This document shows positions 54,901 to 64,000 of a DNA stretch of 64,000 bases, piece after piece. Location of the stretch: assembly GCA_000165425.1 (NCBI GenBank), contig CT868429.1, positions 1-64,000 on the forward strand, read 5' to 3'. The translations under genes and the position numbers were made by a program. Under the pieces are notes generated by a model that saw nothing but the letters and a program-made list of their open reading frames with translations, searched no databases and had not been told where the DNA came from. Origin of the DNA: Paramecium tetraurelia. Its lineage: Eukaryota. Each line of letters starts with the position of its first letter. Position 1 is the first letter of the stretch.

Positions 54901-57900
54901 TACATTCTAACAAGTAATTTGATACTTTGATTGATCAATTGTGCAAGATATCTAATTATTATTCAAAGTAATGATAATATTATTATTTTGTATGAATGGT
55001 AAATTGTCTGGGTTAAATTCAATAATAAGAATAGAATTAACATAGGGAGTATCATTAGTAATACTAATAGTTATGATGTTTTATTAATTCAACTGTTAAG
55101 CACTTTATGAGATTGATGTAATAGAAATTTTACCTGATTCTATTGGAGGAAATTAAATTGATTTATTTTCTTCGTAAATGTTATTTAATTCATCTAAAAG
55201 TTGCAATTGAGCAACACTATTAGAAGATGCTAGGGGATTTCTAAAACCAGTAATGCTGAAGCTGAGTTGTTAGCCACTCGAACAAGGACATAAATCCTCT
55301 TTGAATTTAATACTAAGAACACCATTTTCAGATGAGTCGAGCAAGGCTGCCAATAGTTTATCACCTTGTTTGATTGAAATTTAATCTGGAATGTATTAAT
55401 CTGTTGGCAATTTCATCTAATACATTAAGTTTTACACTTAATTCACTAAAGTTATTGATACTGTAAATTGGGAATTTTGATTAACTAACTTAACTGTTCT
55501 ATCAATTTAGACTTGTAACTAATTAGGTTAGTTTACTTAATAATTTTGAGTGCTCTGTATTGAAACGATGCTATTATAATAGTACTATAATTAAAAATTG
55601 CTCGTGAGTGCAGTTGAATAAGGATTTCTAATTTAATTTAATGTGATTATCAAATCTTAATCTTATTAATAGGGATTGATATTAGAATATATTTAAATTT
55701 TGTTGGCATTAATGACACATTCTAGAGTATTTGTATTAATAGTGACTAAGCAACTATTCATATTATCCACTCCTAAATCTTGTGGTAATATCAGTTCAAG
55801 ATACGAGTTTCTAGATTTAATATCTATAGGATATTTTAGAGTATGTTTGATTGTGTATTATGTCAATTTGCCGGTTATCTGTGAATCAGCTTTGATTGAT
55901 AATTGAGTCAATTGAACAACTTTATTAATGATTTTGGTATTTCCTAATTCATTATAACCTGTAGATACCAATTAATTGCTTAAGGTATAGACTTGAACAG
56001 TCAATTGATGAGTAGATTATCCAGAATATAATTCAGATCTAAATCCAGCTATTATTATGTTGATCATATTATTTCCATTTAAAATTATGTTAGGAACTTT
56101 GACTTTAGAGATGTAATTGATTTTGGGATCAGTTTAAACAACATAGGAGAGAATTTCGCAATTTTTAGAATAAGAATTAGAATTGACTATTTATGAGCAT
56201 GTTATGGTTTCATCAGGATTCAGATAATAATACCCATTTAAATCGATAATGGCATTTCCATCATTGGTAATAACATATTATGATGTAATTTAGAATTAGA
56301 GATTTATTTGTGTAATCGAACCAATATCCAAAATAGACGATTCAGTTAATTTATCATTGTTTCTATAGTAAACAATGGATAAAATAGTATTAGGAGTGAG
56401 GGATGGTTTAATTTCCACATTTTATAATGAGTCAATTAAGTAATTAGTATCATCTAATGTATCAACTTGAAAATCTGATGTTGTTGTAATTACGAAATTG
56501 GGATTGTTTAATTATTATAGTACTATGGTAGTTGCAGTGTAAGCTGCCAATTATGAAGTTAATTGAATTGATATTGTTTTTTCAGTTAAAAATTAACAAT
56601 TAATTTAAACATTTGATTAGTCATAACAATTTAGTTATTGGATAGTTTATTTGATAGCTTGAGTTCCTATGTTAATATTTAGATAACCATTCTTGGGAAC
56701 AGGATTTGTATTGTTAATGAAAACACTATACTGAGACTACAGAGCCACTGTGGTGGTAGTTCTTGTAACACTGGCAATTAATTTATCATTAGTTGCTGTG
56801 AATTTAGCCTCAGAACTAGAGACACACATCAGATATCCATCTGAATCATAGGTTCTAAATTCAAAAGATGAAGTTGGTTTTGTCGAGGATGGGTTCTTAA
56901 TATTACTCACAGTAAGAATCATAGAATTAGCAGAATTGGGATATTACAAATTGTAGGTTCTCACATTTTATCCTGTATATCCGCAAGAATAACTTGTACC
57001 ACTCACAGTAGTTAGACCTATAATTCTTTAACAGTTCATATTTGATTGAATGATGAGTTCAGATGGAAACTTGATCTCTAAATAACCTCCATTAGTAAAT
57101 TTAAGAACTGGCTATAAAGTAAATTAAAATGTTGCGATTTAGTTCACTGTTTAAGTATTCTGAGTATTAAGAAAATTGATTTAAATATTTTCAGGTGTTT
57201 TGGTCTGTATTTAAAATCCTAATGAATCAATCAAATATGCATATTGAGTAGCAGTCTATATAATTATCTGATTGCTATTTCTAACAGACTCTTAATTTTA
57301 GACATTTAATAAACTAAGAAAATAGGAGTTATGATTACTATATAATGAATTATGTTGTGGCATCAATTAGTGTTGAGAATATATTTGTAACAGTGACTGA
57401 TTATCCCGAGATTGATACAGTACCAGTATGATTATTGGAATTAACTTCAACATTGACTGAGAGTTTGCTAAATTAGATTTGAGTTGGGAAAGTAATTATT
57501 AGTTGTCCATTTTATTCGATACTATGCTAACTTTAAACTGTTAATTTGATGTCGTTCAAATCATATACTTTAAAAGATGATTATGTAAGTTGAGTCAGAG
57601 AGAGATCTCCTGCTTAATAGACGTCAACTGTGTATTATTGTGTTTACTAATTGTTCACGAAATCTATCGTCAATTAGACTTGTTAAGGTTTCACAAAACT
57701 TGGATTTGTTAATTGTCCAAATTTCAACAGATATAAAGAAGCTGAAGCCACACTTTGTGATATTTTAATTGTGCATTTTTTGGAGGTGCATGAGCATTCT
57801 TTTTTATTACTTATAAATCATACATGTGTAATCTGTGCTAACTGAAGTAAAGTAAATGGATCCTGTGCATTTAGTTAGTGTTCCATCAACCACAATAATA

Positions 57901-58073
57901 TTTGTATTTGTGAAATCAATCGTAATTATTGAATTGACTGGCATTTGCTATTGTAATTAAAATTTCAATTCGTAAGTGGTTGATGCTTGTATTGTATTAA
58001 TTGTGGGGAATAACTCAAGTGATCCTATCTAAGCAAATATGTGTTCTATCAATAAATAAAAAACTAGCAACAT
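51910..58073 (-). CDS. Giant cell-surface protein: signal peptide, repeated beta-rich modules, furin-like Cys-rich repeats, C-terminal TM helices (~2037 aa)
   Basis: Two 25-nt introns make the length a multiple of 3; recurring NP...TSxF modules; CxxC...CxxC repeats at ~52500-53300; hydrophobic C-terminal segments. Not every codon was checked. Confidence 0.85.
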
Positions 58074-58262
58074 AATTTCAAATTTAAAAAATTATTAATC
58101 AATATATGGTCATACTAAAATCCCCGCTAATTGAACAGTAGAATCATTTTAAGAATCATCAACTCCAATCACCAAATATTCGTTTACTTCGATAAACTAA
58201 TTTAATTAAGTTAAAATGCAATCATTCATTTTAAGGTGATTTATCTATAAATTATTTTTATA

Positions 58263-58788
58263 ATGAAATAATTAGATCAAAGGATCACAGCCTTAGAATA
58301 ATTAATTGGCGATGGAGATCTTGTAATCACAGATACCATTTATAATCAAATCTAACAGATGAGAGAGATTGCTCGTCAACAAAATCTGAGCTCCAAATGT
58401 ATTATCCTCATCCATATTATCAATAGTGTATAAAATGGCTTCATTAATTTACAACTATGATCTAAACTATTGCTATTCAGCTTTGCCACCTCAAAGTAAG
58501 ATATAATTGATCATGCAATCTGAGAAATACTTGCAAGAGGCTTCATAAAATTTGATTAAAATTATTAAATACAGAAAATTTGTGGACTTTGAGCCGATTA
58601 TTGGGTTATAGGAGAAAATCAATCAAATCTTACTGCTTTAGACAGCATCCAAATTGGCATTAAAAGATGACTAAATTGTTGTTAATCAAATTAATAGTGC
58701 CATGTTAATGGATGATTTTAATCGATACCAATAATAATTAGAGACTTTGGTCTTAATTAATTATGAGTTGAATTAATAAATTGAATGA
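58263..58788 (+). CDS. Dynactin subunit 3 (p22/p24)-like coiled-coil protein
   Basis: MKQLDQRITALEQLIG...LPPQSKIQLIMQSEKYL...LMDDFNRY follows the DCTN3 pattern; ~165 aa; one intron. Confidence 0.55.
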
Positions 58789-58877
58789 AAAAAAGTCTAA
58801 TATTCTAATGCAAAATATATTAATAATTATTACCATATGTTTTAAATTTTCAATAATCGTTTTTAACATACATTAAT

Positions 58878-59739
58878 ATGAATAATACAATTCTCTTAAT
58901 AGTTTTAATTGCTTTTTCATTTGCTCAAGAAGATACGCCAGGATTGACAGCACCTATGTAGCTTGAAGTGGAGACGAATGATAACCACGATATCCCTGAG
59001 GAAAACTCTGGAATCTTTTAAGTAAATGAGTTCAAATCAGGAATGGGACCCATGGATCAATTCTTCCTTAAGGATCTTTTCGAAACCATAAATGCAGCCT
59101 TTGATGATTTAACAGACAATCCCAACGATTCAACTTTTTTACAAGACAATTAATAAACAAAAAAAATGTAGGAATTAGATGAAAGTGGTGCTATCCAATT
59201 TTAAAGTCCCCTAATTGGGTTCTTTAATCCTTTATTTTCTATATTCACAACTGAGGGAGACTCTGATTTTGTTGAAATAGAAACCATTTCAGTCAATGGA
59301 CAGACATAAACTAAGGTCACAAAGACAAGTACTAGAAACGGTATTACTACCACAACAACTGAAATAACAACAGAGGCTTCCATTCCAGAATTGAATCAAG
59401 AATAAGAGAATAAACTTTCCGATGAGTTTTAGCTTTTTGAAAGTCCAATGACTTATGATGTTTAAAACACTACAGAGGCGGTCGAATAATAGGATTAGAC
59501 AGAACAAGTGACTTAGGTGAATCTAGGTATTGATATATTTAATGAATGCAATAGACAACCTGGATTCCATTTAAGAATTACATGTTATATAGGATAATTA
59601 TGTTAAAAATGATCAACATCTAAATAGTGTTCCACAAGCAGAAGATAACTTTGCTTTAGGAGTTACAATTATGTGTGGGTTGACTTTGGCAGGACTTATT
59701 GGATTCTCAATTAAGAAATGTGCTTTTAAATCTAATTGA
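58878..59739 (+). CDS. Acidic type-I membrane protein of unknown function
   Basis: Signal peptide MNNTILLIVLIAFSFA, D/E/T-rich ectodomain, C-terminal TM FALGVTIMCGLTLAGLIGFSI. Confidence 0.75.
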
Positions 59740-59787
59740 ATGGAAATTGAAAAATGAAACATATTATATTATGCGTAATTAATTAAT

Positions 59788-60234
59788 TCAAGAACTTTTT
59801 TATTTTTAAATGAATTATTGCACTAGCTTTGACACTTCAGGGTTATTAATTTTAGGCAGAGATTGTCCTTGTTCTTTGGCATGAATTTCAACATTCCATT
59901 TCTCATCTTGGAACCATCCCAAATTGTCAGCAATTAGATGAATATTGTCACATTTGTCACATCTTATTAGAACTACTCCCTTGTGATATGCATCCTTTGT
60001 GAAAGTGCGAGCCATTTTGTTCCCGCATGGACCACAGGTGAACATTAGCATGTATACTCCGCTGCCACCTTAATAGGTCCCAGGTATGGTGTCCTCTATA
60101 CTATAGGATGCTGACAAATTGTCAACAACGGAATGAATTTTAGGTGCTTGTGGAGGTTGTTGAGTGGAGGAACAAAAGAAAAGGGGTTTCAAAGGGAAAA
60201 AGGATCTTCTAATAAATAACGATGCTTATTTCAT
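59788..60234 (-). CDS. ZIM17: Mitochondrial DNL zinc-finger Hsp70 escort protein (Zim17/Tim15/Hep1)
   Basis: Presequence-like N-terminus; FTCGPC...AYHKGVVLIRCDKCDNIHLIADNLGWF. Confidence 0.93.
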
Positions 60235-60308
60235 AAATTAAATTTATGTGTGTTTTAGTTTAATTTTGAGCAAATCAATTATAATATATATAATAATTCT
60301 AAATTAAA

Positions 60309-61656
60309 ATGTCAGGGAAAACAAGAGATTTCTTTGGAACTCTTAAATCAGTAAATAATTCAATCTAGTCTAGGCTGGGAGAACCGTCTTAAAGGAAGAA
60401 AGTGCTAGTGACTGCATTCAACCAGTTTAAAGCTAAGTAAATTTAGTCAGTTACGTAGGTCCCTGAAACTCCTCCTCACATCAAAAAATATCGTAAATCC
60501 TACAAACACCAACACGGATGCTCTATTGTAAATATAGATATTTAAATTTAGTTACACCCAGGACTTGTCGATGCTCCTAAGCCTCAAGGCAATTGGCTTT
60601 ATGGAAAAAAGACTGATCCATCTGACAAAGCTGGAGATCTCTTCAAACAACAGCCCGAAGGAATCAAAGAATTGATCAACGAAATAAACGAATAAAAATA
60701 TGCCTCTCATATCAAAGAGCCATTAGGTACTATGCCCACAAGGAATTACAATTGGCCTGAAGAATCCAAATCAGATGGCTTTGCCTTCGGTTAGAAGATC
60801 CCTCCTTCTGAATTTACAGCAAAAGAGGTTGTGTTTCCTCCTGACGCCAAAAGAGACGAGGAAAGTGTGAGATTGATGTATTTGAAAAGTCATGGGAATT
60901 TCGAAGCAGGGGAATAAAAAAATAGAGAATACAAGTGGAATGTCAATCCAACTGACTATCGCTTTGGCAAAAAAGACGAAAGGGAATAAGAATAAATGAA
61001 AAAGATCTTACAACATGAATTAACACAAAATTAATATCCTAAAACAACCATCATCTCCAAAAATTAGGAAGATTGGAAGAACTATAATGAAGATCCTCTT
61101 GGTAAACCCAAAAATTAGGCTTAAATTAACTCAAGAATGCCAGCAATCTTTGGAGAAATGAAAAAGGATGAATAATGGACTGCCGGATAATGCATTAATG
61201 GTTAACCCACTTCAAAAGAGGTTCAACCAGACATTGATTTGGGCAGAGCCACTAAGTTTGGATTCAGAAACTAAACTAAACAAGGAGATGAAACTAGAGC
61301 TTTTGGAGTACCTACCATTAGAAACGATATTGTTAAAACAGGAATGAAATCAGTTGCGGATCCTTAAAATTATGGTGATGAAGTTCCAGCTGTTGCATTA
61401 TTATTCCCAGAGAAGTTTTCACATATGGGATTAACTGAATAAGATTTCTTAATGTTAAGAAATAAAAAAGACATTAAACAAATATTTGAATCTATAGGAA
61501 TTAAATATGGTATTGGAAAATTTGAAGGTGTATTCAAAAGAGCAAAAGAAATCGTATTTTATTTATATTATATACTCTTAGCAAAATACATTTGATGATA
61601 AAGTGTCAGTCAAAGCATTTTAATTGGCTGTTTAAGAGATGCATCACATTGATTGA
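60309..61656 (+). CDS. EFHB: EFHB/CFAP21-like ciliary microtubule inner protein
   Basis: PETPPHIKKYR, YASHIKEPLG, YLKSHGNFEAGEQKNREYKW, FGVPTIRND...VADPQNYGDE...LLFPEKF; four tiny introns (first 60351-60373). Confidence 0.85.
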
Positions 61657-62481
61657 TTTAATAATAACATCTATCTAAATATTTTACAATGTTTTCCATC
61701 CTGATAATAAAATACCAGTTTCATTCAAAGGAAATTTATAAATTCACTCTTAGGCAGAATAGTAAATTAAGGCACTTTTTAAATGTGACTGAAATTTAAT
61801 CTTATCTTTATCTTTCTCCTCCTTCTTAAGCATATCCTATTAATTAATATTTGAAAAATTAATATATTGCCATAAAGTGTTCAATAATTAAATTAAACAT
61901 ACTTTCTTTATCCAGACTTATTAGTTATCGAAGGGATATATGCATTTATATATTGGAGTTGTTATGTCTTATTTAATGTTTTCTACTTTTCTAAGGATTG
62001 ATAACTGTTTAAACTTGATTTAATATTCAATCTTGTAATCAACAACGTATTTCTAACTATATTTATAATTCAGTCATAAGGTATTTTATATAAATTTGAA
62101 TAATTCTTGGTTAATTCCTATAAAATAGTGAAAAATAGGGTTGATTTAAAGTAAATATTTGTATGGGAAGATGATGAAATAAATTGGCTGATTAAGTTTA
62201 CTTAATTGAAGATTTAATATTTGTTTAGTTGTAATACTTATATATATTAAATAAATAAATGTTTCTTGTTTTCAAATTATACTTAAAGAATGACTTTTTT
62301 ATAATATTTAGAAAGCAATAATTTTATGTGGTTTGATTATTCCCTAAACTTGATTTGAGAAGAATTTAATTAAATGAAAAAAATTAATGAATTTTGTATG
62401 GTCAGATTTAATTTAGAGAACAGACACATTTTTAGTATTGATAGAAGGTTTTGCATATTGTATTCAATTTAATCTATTTAT

Positions 62482-62960
62482 TCATTAAATATAATTGTTT
62501 AGCTCCTCTTCTGATATAGATTCGGAACCATGTTGTTTAAGAGAGGCAAATAATTTTCGGAAATATTATTTACTTCTTACTTGAGTGGGCATTTCTTTGG
62601 TTGGCTTGGATAATTTACTATTTTTTTTTCGTTTTATCATTTAAACATTAAATGGATTGAACTTTTAGTGGTGTGATCTGTTGTTGTAATAGGTTTTGAA
62701 AAATTATACCTGCACTAACTTGGACTTCTTGTGGCAATTACTTAACTCATTTTTTTGAATAATCTTTATCCTTTGTTATTTTAAGATGATTCAATCAAAT
62801 CTTAAGACTGATGTAGAAAATCAAGGTAGAGTTAGTGTTCTGCAGGTGTCCAATGGCCTGATCTTATCGTATTATTTTACTATAGCTCTTATGCTTTACA
62901 GATAGACATGGATGGTACTTAAATTAAGAAGATTAATGTACCTGTTACATCAGATTTCAT
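62482..62960 (-). CDS. Single-repeat Myb-like (SHAQKYF-class) DNA-binding protein
   Basis: GHWTPAEHQLYLDF...FKKMSQVIATRSPSQCRSHHQKF after removing two introns. Confidence 0.85.
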
Positions 62961-63164
62961 TTGATATTTTTAAATCTTGAATTAAAAAATTAATACACCA
63001 ATGTTTATACATTAAGAATTACCTATAAATATCTTGAAAATATCTATTTAAATTATGATATAGGAAGATAATAATTTATATTTTTTGGAAGCATGAATGA
63101 TAAATCTTCAAAAAAAAAGTAATTGTTAATTATAATTTGAGAATTATTGTGAATTTATTATAAA

Positions 63165-64000
63165 TCAGATTTCTTTTTTGCTTTATAGACTATTTGGTAA
63201 AATCTACTAAGTGGATGAATCAAAAATCTTCTTCTTTTATCTTTGGACCTCATCGTTTGGAGTTAATTTATCTAGTCTCAAAATCAAATCACTAGTTAAT
63301 TCATATATTTTCTCCTTATTCAATTCCAAATACCTTAGTGCTTCATTATACAACTCATTATTTAAGTATTCCTTATAAGGAGTTCGAATCTCCTCTAACT
63401 TCCCTTTGATTAGTTTTGAAACTTAATTTTGGGTTTAGTTTTAATTGAAAATCAAGAATTTTGAGATTTACTATATATTTTTCTCAAGTTCGGCTGGAGG
63501 TTTGTTAGTTTACTTAGCAAAATTGATTTAATCCTTAATAGCTTTGATGAAAATGATCTGAATGGAAGATTCAAAATATTCCTCCAAGGTTTCTTTTTGG
63601 GATTATTATTATTTTTGATTTTTTTCTGGCAAAGGGATGCAAAAAAGTTAAATGTCATCATTTTGATAGCATGCTTCGCAATAATAACTAAGATTAGTTT
63701 AATTAGAATACCCAGCAATTACTAATTTGAAGCAATAATATAAGGCTTTGCAATTTTGATGCTTGACACAGACAATTTAGTTAATTTATTTCATTTTTTA
63801 GGGAGAGCTAACATAAAATTAAAAAGTACGGAGTTTCTTCAAAAATTCCTTTTTAATTCGAATTAAAATATAATTAAATCAATTCCTTGTATGTCTTTCT
63901 ATCACATTCTTCATATTAAAGCATATCTGTGATCAAATTCCTGATTCGGGCATTCTCTACTTTATCTAAAAACATATTTCTCTTATTTTTTTATTCGACC
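63165..64000 (-). CDS. 3' part of a gene: kinase-like C-lobe end, B-box-like Cys/His motif, helical tail (5' end outside the window)
   Basis: IRNLITDMLQYEECDRKTYKEL (kinase subdomain XI-like), then CVKHQNCKALYYC...YYCEACY after two introns; TGA 63165. Confidence 0.65.

Noticed and set aside
18092..59507. Track ORFs antisense or out of frame to real genes (e.g. 18092, 27203, 30684, 32629, 37012, 41359, 43319, 44292, 55700, 59201, 59289)
   Set aside because: Shadows of code-6 coding regions with no independent domain signal.
63791..63793. Apparent in-frame TGA suggesting readthrough or two genes
   Set aside because: With correct intron phasing the frame reads ...ETPSPQKMKQ..., so the TGA is out of frame.

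Overview
This window is the left end of a ciliate macronuclear chromosome, almost certainly Paramecium. Three features support this: a (C3A3/C4A2)n telomere at 1-84, genes that only read through with genetic code 6 (TAA/TAG = Gln, TGA the sole stop), and tiny 20-31 nt GT-AG introns. The supplied ORF track stops at TAA/TAG, so it shows only fragments or antisense shadows; I re-translated the genes by hand, and some exon boundaries are approximate. About 5.9 kb of gene-poor subtelomeric DNA holds a (GAAT)n microsatellite, a decayed purine-rich ORF and a frameshifted non-LTR retrotransposon reverse-transcriptase remnant. From 5.9 kb to the end lie 33 tightly packed genes, including an ARM+PH protein, a Deltex-like E3 ligase, CDC50, CAMTA, LMBR1, two K+ channels, six kinases or pseudokinases, a large PAS/TM protein, FAM166-like, RPB8, a dual-specificity phosphatase, TRAPPC10-like, an EGF-TM-RING protein, MORN, PTB-like, DHHC, PUS3-like, a ~2000-aa surface protein, DCTN3-like, Zim17, EFHB and a Myb protein. 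I found no prokaryotic system, CRISPR array, rRNA or tRNA, and nothing I can call a proven new system. The best leads are the subtelomeric retroelement debris, the ARM+PH (GAC/ELMO-like) protein, the minimal Deltex and the convergent kinase/pseudokinase paralog pair.
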